From Phycisphaerales bacterium (GTDB lineage Bacteria > Planctomycetota > Phycisphaerae > Phycisphaerales > UBA1924), in assembly GCA_044222255.1 (NCBI GenBank), contig JBGANP010000007.1, forward strand, positions 2,327 through 66,326: a stretch of 64,000 bases of DNA, in the 5' to 3' direction. The notes under the pieces are model-generated. The model was not told where the DNA came from. It searched no databases and saw only the letters and a list, made by a program, of their open reading frames with translations. Below are positions 29,855 to 38,417 of this stretch, one piece after another. Within the stretch, counting starts at the first letter, position 1, and each line of letters starts with the position of its first letter. Both the position numbers and the translations under genes were made by a program.

Positions 29855-30610
29855 TCACTTGCGGCGACGCTTGGCGAGCAAGCCCACGCCGAGCAGTCCC
29901 AGAGCCGCCGCACCCGGAGCGGGAACCGGCCCGCAGCCCTGGATCGTGATCACGGCGTCGTTGAAGTCATAGTCGCTGCTCTGGCCGCGGACGCGGTCCT
30001 CCCAGAACAGAGCCCACTCGCACGCGCCGGTATTGCAATCGGTGATCTTGTAGGTCACGAGCTGATCAAAGGTGTCGCACTCGTACTGCCCGACGCCACT
30101 GTTGTCGCTCTTCCGCGAGGTGAAGGTCTTGCCCGTGCTCAGATCTTTCAGAGCCCAGCGGAACGCCGCGGGCATGTTCACCGTCGCCGGCGAGTTGAAC
30201 GTCGACGTATTGAAGATGGTGTGGAACGAGTGATCGTTGCCGCTGTCGTCAAAGTAGCCGAAAATCGAGTTGTCCGCGGCGTACTTGGCCTTGGCCACGA
30301 TCGTCGTATTCGCCGGGCCCGTCCAGGCGTTGTCCGTGCCGCTCACGCCGGTGGTGAGCGAGGTCGGCATCGCAACGCCGGCATCGGCCAGCCGCATCGC
30401 GCTGAGCGTGCTGGAGGAGTAGTCGCGGCCGTTGGAGCTCTTGCTCCAGTTGCCGCCGTACACCTGCGAGAGCAGCTGGGCGTGGTTCTTCTCCCCGCCG
30501 CTGGCCGCGTTAACGGTGGTGAAGGTGGGCGTCGCCATCGCAGCCCCGGAGGCGGCACAGATGGCGAGGGCGGAAAGGACGCTGACATTGATGCGGTTCT
30601 TGGTGATCAT
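29855..30610 (-). CDS. secreted protein with DUF4114-like region and PEP-CTERM-type C-terminal anchor
   Basis: Signal MITKNRINVSVLSALAICAASGAAMA. SSDYDFNDAVITI. C-terminus VPAPGAAALGLLGVGLLAKRRRK. Confidence 0.7.
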   Translation of the reverse strand: MITKNRINVSVLSALAICAASGAAMATPTFTTVNAASGGEKNHAQLLSQVYGGNWSKSSNGRDYSSSTLSAMRLADAGVAMPTSLTTGVSGTDNAWTGPANTTIVAKAKYAADNSIFGYFDDSGNDHSFHTIFNTSTFNSPATVNMPAAFRWALKDLSTGKTFTSRKSDNSGVGQYECDTFDQLVTYKITDCNTGACEWALFWEDRVRGQSSDYDFNDAVITIQGCGPVPAPGAAALGLLGVGLLAKRRRK

Positions 30611-30946
30611 GGTTCGACCCCTTGCGTGGGAGGCACCGTCGTGATCGCGGGATGCGTTCACGGTCGTGTGTCCACGAGAAGAGATGCCATGCGATCACAC
30701 CACCGGCCAGACTTCGGGGTCGTGCATCGTTGCGGCGCGGGAGCGCATTCCGCAGCGTTCCCCGCGCTTCACACGTCGGCGTGAGATATGGGCCGCCGCC
30801 GCTGAAACTCGCGTGTTATCGCCCCTTCGTGGCATGGGCCTGCCGGCCCATGTTTGGGCCGCTTCGCCCGAAGCATGACTCCGGGAACGTGAAGCGAGCA
30901 GAATGTGCAACACACAATCTCAGCACTCAGCGCTCTGAACTCGGCA

Positions 30947-31921
30947 CTACTCTTCAAACGTGTAGTGCGCCACCGCCAGTGCCTGCTGGTCGCCGCGATT
31001 CGGCAGTGTCGACGGCAGCACCCGCACGATCGCGCTGGTGGACTCCAGCGCGATGGACCGGATCGTCTCCGTCGCGCGCGGAATGAACAGCTCCGGATAC
31101 GCCGCGCCGATCGTGCCCAGCACAAACACTTCCGGGTTCAGCACATCGGTCAGGATCGCCATGATGCGGCCCAGTTCCAGCGCGACGCGATCCGTCACGC
31201 GCCGCGCCGCCGCGTCGCCCGCGCGGGCCGCCTCGCAGAGCTTTTCCGGCGAGATGATTCCATCCGCCGCCAGCACCTCGCGCAGCACGCTCTTCTCATT
31301 CGTGTGAATACACACCGTCGCCTCGCTCGCGGCCATCTGGCTCATCCCCGGCCCGGAGCAATACCCCTCCACGCTTCCGCGCCGGCCGAAACCCACCGGC
31401 CCATCGTCGCTCGGGCTCAGCCGGATCCGCCCGATCTCGCCCGCAAGCCCAAGCGGTCCCTCAAACAGCCGCCCATCCACGATCAGCCCCGCGCCCATGC
31501 CCGTGGAACACGTCAGAAACACCGCCGTGTTCGTCCCCTTCGCCGCGCCCCAGAGCCACTCCGCATACGCCGCGGCGTTCGCATCATTCATCATCGCGCT
31601 CGGACACGCGAAGTTCTGCTTCAGCCAGTCCCGCAGCGCGAAACCATGCCACCCCGGATTGTTCGGAGGATTGATGAACTTCCCCCCCTTGTAGTCCAGC
31701 GGCCCCGGACAGGCCGCGCCCAGCGCGAGCACGCGTCGGTTCCCCGCGAGCACGCTCAATCGCTCCTTGCACTTGGCCAGCATCACCTGCGGCGTCGCGC
31801 CCCGATCATTCGAGATCCGCTCGCTCGTCAGCACCTTCCCCTCGGGCGTGCCAACGCACATCCCGATCTTGGTGCCACCAATGTCCAGTCCGAGATACAC
31901 GTCGCCCTGATCCAGGTTCAC
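30947..31921 (-). CDS. ROK-family sugar kinase
   Basis: VYLGLDIGGTKIG ATP-binding motif, ...GAACPGPLD..., CSTGMGAGLIVDG. GTG start at 31921, 9 nt after the upstream gene. Confidence 0.85.
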   Translation of the reverse strand: MNLDQGDVYLGLDIGGTKIGMCVGTPEGKVLTSERISNDRGATPQVMLAKCKERLSVLAGNRRVLALGAACPGPLDYKGGKFINPPNNPGWHGFALRDWLKQNFACPSAMMNDANAAAYAEWLWGAAKGTNTAVFLTCSTGMGAGLIVDGRLFEGPLGLAGEIGRIRLSPSDDGPVGFGRRGSVEGYCSGPGMSQMAASEATVCIHTNEKSVLREVLAADGIISPEKLCEAARAGDAAARRVTDRVALELGRIMAILTDVLNPEVFVLGTIGAAYPELFIPRATETIRSIALESTSAIVRVLPSTLPNRGDQQALAVAHYTFEE

Positions 31922-31929
31922 ATCCGTGC

Positions 31930-32523
31930 TCACACCAGTGGCTCCTGCGGCATCGCGCCCACCTCCGGACGCTTGCCCATCATGCCGAACCACACGAGCA
32001 GAAACAGCGGATATCCCAGCCCGAGCGACACCGCGAAGCACATCACCGCGTAGGTGAACATTCTGATCATGCCCGCCATCTGCGCCATCTGCGCGTTCTG
32101 ACCGAACGCTTCGAACACGCGCTGCATCTCCGCCATCCCGACGGCCACGCTTCCGATCGTCAGCACGATCGAGATGCCCGCGTACACCAGATGCAGCAAT
32201 CGCCCCTTGGCCAGCCGCTTCAGGGTCATGATGCCCGCGACCAGCAGCACCACCGCCCACAGCCATCCCAGCACGCCCAACCCAACCGACAACGCCGATG
32301 GCGGCGGGATGTGGATCGGAGCGCTGTTGGGCATCTCAACATCCTTGCCGCCCTGCACCAGCCCCATCACATTCTGCACCAGCCCGCATCCGCCGCAGAT
32401 GAGACTCAGAGATGCCAGCACGATGCTGATGATCCCCACCACCTTCGGCCACGCCGGCGGCTCACCGGTCATATTGAAGTCGGCGCTGACGCTCGGAGTT
32501 GGATCGGAATCGAACTGAGACAT
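31930..32523 (-). CDS. 4-TM membrane protein, tandem paralogue 2
   Basis: MSQFDSDPTPSVSADFNMTGEPPAWPKVVGIISIVL...LVWFGMMGKRPEVGAMPQEPLV. Confidence 0.65.
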   Translation of the reverse strand: MSQFDSDPTPSVSADFNMTGEPPAWPKVVGIISIVLASLSLICGGCGLVQNVMGLVQGGKDVEMPNSAPIHIPPPSALSVGLGVLGWLWAVVLLVAGIMTLKRLAKGRLLHLVYAGISIVLTIGSVAVGMAEMQRVFEAFGQNAQMAQMAGMIRMFTYAVMCFAVSLGLGYPLFLLVWFGMMGKRPEVGAMPQEPLV

Positions 32524-32553
32524 TTCGCCTCCCTCGCCACGTCGGCGATCTGA

Positions 32554-33201
32554 TTACACCAGCGGCTCCTGCAGCGCCGCGCCCGCTTCCGGACGCTTTC
32601 CCATCGCGCCGAACCACACGAGGCAGAAGATCGGGTAGATCGCGCTCACGCAGGTCATGCCGATCGCCTGCACGAACTGGCTCCCCATGCCCCCCTGCGC
32701 CATGAAGAACTTCGTCCACGGATCATCTGGATGCGCCGAGAAGAAGCCGCTTGTCGCGCCCTGATACTGATACGCGCCTGCGAGGCCGACCAGCGTAAAA
32801 AGCAAGCTCAGCGTGCCGTACCCGAGATGCAGCATCTTCCCGCCCGCCGCGCGTCGCACCGTCGAGATGCCCGCGACGATCAGCAGAATCGTTCCGATAG
32901 GCCAGAAGATTGCGGCCACGGTGGAGAGCACACCGGGGCTCAGCTCCGCGGGCATGGGTATCGTGGGGATGACCGGCCCGCCGCGAGCGCCGGCGCCGCC
33001 TTGCGCCTGCAAGTCCCCCATCTTCTGCATGAACGCCGGCATCGCGAACGTGAAGACCGCGATGCACAGTCCGCACACAGTTCCCAGCGAGCCCAGAACG
33101 ATGCTGATGATCCCCACCACCTTCGGCCACGCCGGCGGCTCACCGCTGAGGTGAAAGTCCGATGCTGCCTGAGACGCGGGATCGTTTGCAAACTGTGACA
33201 T
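32554..33201 (-). CDS. 4-TM membrane protein, tandem paralogue 1
   Basis: MSQFANDPASQAASDFHLSGEPPAWPKVVGIISIVL...LVWFGAMGKRPEAGAALQEPLV. ATG 33201 chosen by alignment with the paralogue. Confidence 0.65.
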   Translation of the reverse strand: MSQFANDPASQAASDFHLSGEPPAWPKVVGIISIVLGSLGTVCGLCIAVFTFAMPAFMQKMGDLQAQGGAGARGGPVIPTIPMPAELSPGVLSTVAAIFWPIGTILLIVAGISTVRRAAGGKMLHLGYGTLSLLFTLVGLAGAYQYQGATSGFFSAHPDDPWTKFFMAQGGMGSQFVQAIGMTCVSAIYPIFCLVWFGAMGKRPEAGAALQEPLV

Positions 33202-33269
33202 GGCATGGCCTCCAGTAGAGGCCACAGGATACCAGATTCAGAGCCGCGCGGCGCAAACCCCGGACCCCA

Positions 33270-34298
33270 TCACAACTGCTTCAGGAACCGCAGGTCGTTC
33301 TCAAACAGCATGCGGATATCCGGGATCGAGTACTTGCCCATCGCCAGCCGCTCGATGCCGAAGCCGAACGCGAAGCCGGACCACTGCTCGGGATCGATGT
33401 TGCACATCGTCAGCACCGCCGGATCGACCATGCCGCAGCCGCCCAGCTCGATCCAGCGCGCCGGCTGATCCGCACGAAGCTGGATGAACATGTCCACCTC
33501 CGCGCTCGGCTCGGTGAACGGGAAGTAGCTCGGGCGCAGTCGCACCTGCGCATCGGGCCCGAAATACGCCCGCGCGAACTGCAGGAGGCACGTCTTCAGG
33601 TCCGCCATCGACACGTTCTTGTCCAGATACAGACCTTCGATCTGGTGGAACATGAAGCTGTGCGTCGCGTCCACCGTGTCGGGCCGGTACACGCGCCCCG
33701 GCGAGATGATCTTCAGCGGCGGCTTCTGCGTCTCCATCACGCGCACCTGCACCGTGCTCGTCTGGCTCCGCAGCATCCGCGGCACGCTGAACCGCGTCGG
33801 ATCATCGATGTAATAGTTGTCGATCGGGTCCCGCGCCGGATGCTGGTTCGGAATGTTCAGCTTGATGAAGTTGTGCTCGTCGTCCTCGAGCTCCGGCCCC
33901 TGCGCCACGCTGAAGCCCATCCGCGCGAAGACCTCCACCAGCTCATCGCGCACGCGCGAGATGATGTGCCGCCGTCCCAGCCCCGTGGAGTAGTGCAGCC
34001 CCGGCTCGGTCATATCAAGGCGAACTTCGCCGGCCTTCGCCGGTGCCGCGGCCGCACCACCCATCGATTCCTGACGCGCCTTGAACGCCTCTTCAAGCTC
34101 GACTCGCACCTGATTCGCCTTCGCGCCGACCGCGGGCTTCTGCTCCTTGGGCACATCCTTCATCGCGCCCAGCGCGGCCTTCATCTTGCCGGAGTTGCCC
34201 AGATAATCCTGTCGCCACTGCTCGAGCGCGGCGCTATCTGCCGCGCTGCCGAGCGCGCCGAGTCCTTGCACGCGGAGTTGTTCGAGCTGTTCAAGCAT
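33270..34298 (-). CDS. pheS: phenylalanine--tRNA ligase alpha subunit
   Basis: Class II motifs (FPFTEPSAEVD, GCGMVDPAVL, GFAFGFGIERLAM). Confidence 0.95.
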   Translation of the reverse strand: MLEQLEQLRVQGLGALGSAADSAALEQWRQDYLGNSGKMKAALGAMKDVPKEQKPAVGAKANQVRVELEEAFKARQESMGGAAAAPAKAGEVRLDMTEPGLHYSTGLGRRHIISRVRDELVEVFARMGFSVAQGPELEDDEHNFIKLNIPNQHPARDPIDNYYIDDPTRFSVPRMLRSQTSTVQVRVMETQKPPLKIISPGRVYRPDTVDATHSFMFHQIEGLYLDKNVSMADLKTCLLQFARAYFGPDAQVRLRPSYFPFTEPSAEVDMFIQLRADQPARWIELGGCGMVDPAVLTMCNIDPEQWSGFAFGFGIERLAMGKYSIPDIRMLFENDLRFLKQL

Positions 34299-34318
34299 GA
34301 TCGGGGCGGAGTGTAGGG

Positions 34319-34345
34319 CAGAGGCCCGGGCGCAAGCCCGGGCAC
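34319..34345 (+). repeat. REP-like hairpin element, family A
   Basis: CAGAGGCCCGGGCGCAAGCCCGGGCAC. GCCCGGGC-GCAA-GCCCGGGC hairpin. Confidence 0.65.
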
Positions 34346-34368
34346 CTGCGCGCGGCGGGCATCGAACA

Positions 34369-34391
34369 GCACGGGCTTGCGCCCGCGCCTC
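34369..34391 (-). repeat. REP-like element, family A, inverted diverged copy
   Basis: The reverse complement GAGGCGCGGGCGCAAGCCCGTGC has 2 mismatches to the core of 34321-34343. Confidence 0.5.
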
Positions 34392-34470
34392 GGTTCATGT
34401 CATGCAAAACGACAGCGGCCCGCCGGAAGATCCAGCGGGCCGCGTGTGCTTGATTCGTATCAGCCGAGCA

Positions 34471-34710
34471 TCAGTTGGACTGGCCGGTCATCGGGCAGAC
34501 CTTCTTCTCGCCGGTGCAGGACTTGCTGCAGGAGCCGGCGGTTGCGGCGGGGGTCGCCTGCGCGTCGGTCTTCACGTTCGCGGCCTTGTCCTTGCAGCAG
34601 GCGCCTTCGCCTTCCTTGCAGCACTTTTCAGAGTTCTTGCTGCAGGCGCCGAGGAACGCGGCGGCGGCGACGGTGCAAACGAGAGCGAACGAGGTGGTGA
34701 ACTTGCGCAT
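34471..34710 (-). CDS. small cysteine-rich lipoprotein
   Basis: Lipobox AFLGAC. The mature 57 aa contain 8 Cys (CC-x6-CC, CSKSC, VCPMTG). Confidence 0.6.
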   Translation of the reverse strand: MRKFTTSFALVCTVAAAAFLGACSKNSEKCCKEGEGACCKDKAANVKTDAQATPAATAGSCSKSCTGEKKVCPMTGQSN

Positions 34711-34908
34711 GGTCTGGAACTCCGAAAAAGAGGGTTGGGTTTCCTGCTTCGGGCCGTGGCACCCGCCGCGGCCGACTGCTTTGACTGGCTCCCCATCGAC
34801 GAACGTCTATGGGTGAATCCAATCTTACACAAATCCTACCGGGAAAGCCAGCCCGAGTTGCAGGCCATGTACGGCCGTTTTACGGGTGGACCTGACCGGT
34901 TTTCCGGA

Positions 34909-35544
34909 TCAAGCCGCCTTTTCAGACGGCTTGTCAGCGGCGGCCTTGCGGACCTTCGCCGCGAACGCCGTGCGCTTGTCGGCCTGGCGACGACGCGTGG
35001 AGGGGCGGCCGCCGATCTCGGGGCCTTCTTCAGCGCCGACGAACTGAATCACGCAGAGCTCGCCGCCGTCGCCGATGCGGGCCTTGCCGAGCTTGACGAT
35101 GCGGGTGTAGCCGCCGGCGCGATCTTTGAAGCGCGGGGCGACGTTCTCGAAGATGTGGCGGACGAGCTTGGGGGCCTTGCGCAGCTCGCCGTAGCGGTTG
35201 CGCTCGACCTTCTCGCCGTCGGGGATCTTGAAGTACTTCTCGGCGCGATCCTTGAGCTTGGAGACGGCTTCCTTGTCGCCGTCGGTCGCGCCCTTGGCGA
35301 GATAGAGCCAGTCGAAGGCGAGCTTGTCGCCGCCGAGCTTGGCGATCACGCGCCGACGTGCCGCGAGCGTGCCGCTCTTGGCATCGGTCACGATCTTCTC
35401 GACGAACGGCTGCAGGCACTTGGCCTTCGGGATCGTCGTGGTGATCTGGCCGTGCTGGAACAGGCCCAGCGCGAGGTTGCGCATGGTGCTGGCGCGGTGG
35501 GCGGTGGTGCGGCCGAGTCGGTATCCGCCTCGAAGGTGACGCAT
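34909..35544 (-). CDS. rplQ: 50S ribosomal protein L17 (extended)
   Basis: MRHLRGGYRLGRTTAHRASTMRNL..., GGYTRIVKLG, basic/Ala-rich C-terminal tail. Confidence 0.92.
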   Translation of the reverse strand: MRHLRGGYRLGRTTAHRASTMRNLALGLFQHGQITTTIPKAKCLQPFVEKIVTDAKSGTLAARRRVIAKLGGDKLAFDWLYLAKGATDGDKEAVSKLKDRAEKYFKIPDGEKVERNRYGELRKAPKLVRHIFENVAPRFKDRAGGYTRIVKLGKARIGDGGELCVIQFVGAEEGPEIGGRPSTRRRQADKRTAFAAKVRKAAADKPSEKAA

Positions 35545-35688
35545 GGGAAACTCCTACATCTGCTGGCCCGACGCGGCGAAAACAAAGTGCCGGCCGGATG
35601 GTGCTGCAAACAGGTCTGGAAAAACAGGTCTAAGCGAATCAGGGAAACAAAGTCCGGCCCGAGGGGTCATCCCCGAGCCGGTGAACAA

Positions 35689-36714
35689 TCAGACGGTCTG
35701 TCCCGGTGTGAAGGGCGACGAGGGCTGCACGCCCTCGGGGAGCTTCATGCCAAGGTCCAGGCCGATATCGACGAGCTTCTTCTTCACTTCGCGGAGCGAG
35801 GTGCGGCCGAACGAGCGAACCTTGAGCAGGTCGGCCTCGGTGCGGATCACCAGGTCGGCGACGTTCTGAATACGGGCGGACTCCAGGCAGTTGCTGGCGC
35901 GGACGGAGAGCTCCATCTCGCCGATGGGCATGTTGAGCTTGCGGATCAGCTCCTCGTCGATGCCCGCGGCCTTCGCGGCATCCTCGCTCACCAGCTCCTG
36001 GCCGATGTCGAAGTACTGAACGAAGGGGTTCAGGTGCTTGCGGAGAATCTTGGCCGCCTCGACGAGCGCCATCTCGGGGACGACGGTGCCGTTGGTCCAG
36101 ATGTCCAGCACGAGCTTGTCGTAGTTGGTCTTCTGGCCGACGCGGGTTTCCTCGACCTTGTAGCGGACGCGCTGCACGGGGGAGTAGATCGCGTCGATCG
36201 GAATCAATCCGATCTCCTGCTCTTCCTGCTTGTTGTACTGCTCGCTAGCGGGGACGTAGCCGCGGCCCTTGCCGACGCGCAGCTCCATCTCGAAGTCGAC
36301 CTTGTCCGTGAGCGTGCAGAGCACGAGATCCTTGTTCAGGATCGTGACGGCCGAGTCGCCCTCGATGAGGTCGGCGGTGACATCGCCGGGGCCGGTGGCC
36401 GCGACGGTGAGGATCTTGGGCTCGTCGGTCTCCATCTTGACGACGAGATTCTTGACATTCAGGATGATGTCCGTCACGTCCTGGATCACGCCCGGGAGCG
36501 AGGTGAACTCGTGCTGAGCGCCCTTGATCTTGACGGAGGTCACCGCCGCGCCTTCCAGCGAGGAAAGCAGGATGCGACGCAGCGAGTTGCCGATGGTCGT
36601 ACCGAAGCCCTGCTCGAAGGGCTCGACGGTGAAGCGACCGAACACGTCGCTCTTGAACTTCGGATCGATGATGACTTTGCTGGGCAACTCGAGCCCGCGC
36701 CAACGGATACGCAT
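35689..36714 (-). CDS. rpoA: DNA-directed RNA polymerase subunit alpha
   Basis: 341 aa. The N-terminal assembly domain and alpha-CTD (SVRASNCLESARIQNVADLV) follow rpsK. Confidence 0.95.
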   Translation of the reverse strand: MRIRWRGLELPSKVIIDPKFKSDVFGRFTVEPFEQGFGTTIGNSLRRILLSSLEGAAVTSVKIKGAQHEFTSLPGVIQDVTDIILNVKNLVVKMETDEPKILTVAATGPGDVTADLIEGDSAVTILNKDLVLCTLTDKVDFEMELRVGKGRGYVPASEQYNKQEEQEIGLIPIDAIYSPVQRVRYKVEETRVGQKTNYDKLVLDIWTNGTVVPEMALVEAAKILRKHLNPFVQYFDIGQELVSEDAAKAAGIDEELIRKLNMPIGEMELSVRASNCLESARIQNVADLVIRTEADLLKVRSFGRTSLREVKKKLVDIGLDLGMKLPEGVQPSSPFTPGQTV

Positions 36715-36873
36715 GGGAAAAACCTCTGTGTTCGGCGGAACCTTGCGGATGTGAACCGTTCATCGCTTGACGAGACAACCCGGACCGCCGAACCACTCCG
36801 GGAGCTCTGCTGTGCGAGAGCGGACGAGACAAAGAGAAATGCCCGAGCTTGCACCCGGGCCCCTGATGATTGG

Positions 36874-37251
36874 TTAGACGCGGCGACGCTTGCGGGGACG
36901 GCAGCCGTTGTGGGGGATCGGTGTGTGATCCTCAACAGCGGTGACGCGGATGCCCGTGGAGACGATGCCGGTGACGGCGGACTCGCGGCCAGCGCCGGTG
37001 CCCTTGACGAACACCTCGACCTCGTTCACGCCGACCTTGCGGGCCTTCTGTCCGGCGGACTCGCCGGCGCGGGTGGCCGCGAACGGCGTGCTCTTGCGAG
37101 CGCCCTTGAAGCCGATGGTTCCCGCCGAGTCCCAGCAGAGGGTCTCGCCGTTGATATCGGTGATCGTGACGATCGTGTTGTTGTGAGACGCCTTCACGTG
37201 GGCGATACCGCGTGTGACGTTCTTCCGGACCTTCTTTGCCTTCTTCGCCAT
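36874..37251 (-). CDS. rpsK: 30S ribosomal protein S11
   Basis: [18 protein letters not shown]...[13 protein letters not shown]. Confidence 0.95.
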   Translation of the reverse strand: MAKKAKKVRKNVTRGIAHVKASHNNTIVTITDINGETLCWDSAGTIGFKGARKSTPFAATRAGESAGQKARKVGVNEVEVFVKGTGAGRESAVTGIVSTGIRVTAVEDHTPIPHNGCRPRKRRRV

Positions 37252-37344
37252 TGTCTGCTCCTCGGATCAGCCGACCGCAAAGGTCGTACCCGGGGTTGAT
37301 GAATGAAACCCTCCGCTTGCGCGGAGGGCTCGTGATGCACATGA

Positions 37345-37725
37345 TTACTTGGCCTTGACGCCCTTCTTGCCTGCGACCGTCTTCTTCTTGCCCTTGCGGG
37401 TGCGGGCGTTGGAGCGGGTGCGCTGCCCACGGGTGGGCAGGCCGCGCCGGTGCCGGTCGCCGCGGAAGGAACGGATGTCCTTCAGACGCTGGATGTTCTG
37501 CTGCACGCCGCGACGCAGCGCGCCCTCGACGGGATAGTTGCCGTCGATGATCTCGTTGATGCGGGCGAGAGCCGTCTCGTCCACTTCGCCGGCGCGCAGA
37601 TCGGGATTGATCTTCGCCTCGGTGAGAATGTCCATGGCGATCTTCTGGCCGATCCCGTGGACGTACTGGAGGGCGAAGTAGATCTTCTTCTTCTCGGGGA
37701 TGTCGACGCCGGCGATACGAGGCAT
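37345..37725 (-). CDS. rpsM: 30S ribosomal protein S13
   Basis: MPRIAGVDIPEKKKIYFALQYVHGIG... ATG 37725 (the track start 37788 is upstream read-through). Confidence 0.93.
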   Translation of the reverse strand: MPRIAGVDIPEKKKIYFALQYVHGIGQKIAMDILTEAKINPDLRAGEVDETALARINEIIDGNYPVEGALRRGVQQNIQRLKDIRSFRGDRHRRGLPTRGQRTRSNARTRKGKKKTVAGKKGVKAK

Positions 37726-37784
37726 GGTTCGTTCCTGTTGTCTGCTCTGCGAGCGGGAGATCGATTGTTTGTTGGACGCCCATC

Positions 37785-37803
37785 GCACCGGCGCAGGCCG
37801 GCG
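37785..37803 (+). repeat. REP-like hairpin element, family B (1 mismatch)
   Basis: GCACCGGCGcAGGCCGGCG in the rpmJ-rpsM spacer. Confidence 0.55.
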
Positions 37804-37813
37804 AGATCAGGCC

Positions 37814-37930
37814 TCAGCCCTGGACCTGCTTGTGCTTCGGATCGGCCTTGCAGATCACGCGGACCTTGCCCTTGCGGCGGACGATCTGGCAGGAGCCGCA
37901 GACCTTCTTGACACTGGCCTTGACCTTCAT
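37814..37930 (-). CDS. rpmJ: 50S ribosomal protein L36
   Basis: Hand translation: [38 protein letters not shown]. Below the ORF-track length cutoff. C/C/C/H zinc ligands present. Confidence 0.9.
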   Translation of the reverse strand: MKVKASVKKVCGSCQIVRRKGKVRVICKADPKHKQVQG

Positions 37931-38135
37931 GGGAATCCACTTTCGGGGCAGGAGTTTGACGGAAGAGAATCGGAACTGATACGTGAGCCGAGCCCCATGG
38001 CCCGGTTTTCTGCGGGGAGGATGATAGGCAGGAGCCGATCGGATCGCCTCCTGCCGCGGATGCTGAAAACACTGGTTGTGCCGGGCTTCCTTGCCCGATT
38101 GCAGATGACCCGAGAGCGGGGCGCCCGCGGCGGCC

Positions 38136-38354
38136 TTACTGCCGGTAGGTGATGCGGGCCTTGGTCAGGTCGTAGGGGCTCATTTCAACCGTGACCTTGT
38201 CGCCGGGAAGGATGCGGATGTAGTTCATGCGCATCTTGCCGGAGACATAGGCGAGCACGCGCAGATCGTTCGGAAGCTTGACTTTGAACATCGCGTTCGG
38301 GAGAGATTCCTCCACGATCGCGTCGAGTGTGAGTTTGTCGTCCTGCTTGGCCAA
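38136..38354 (-). CDS. infA: translation initiation factor IF-1
   Basis: [70 protein letters not shown]. Probable TTG start at 38354 with AAGGA 7-8 nt upstream. Confidence 0.9.
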   Translation of the reverse strand: MAKQDDKLTLDAIVEESLPNAMFKVKLPNDLRVLAYVSGKMRMNYIRILPGDKVTVEMSPYDLTKARITYRQ

Positions 38355-38417
38355 TGGGGTCCTTCTGAGGGGCTGAAAACACAAGAAACGAAGAAGGCAG
38401 ATGTTAGGCAGGCCGAA

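Noticed and set aside
34299-34470. A search for a Phe-rich leader peptide (pheM-like) upstream of pheS.
   Set aside because: The small ORFs there (MT*, MNRGAGASPCCS...) contain no Phe run. The region is instead occupied by REP-like hairpins.
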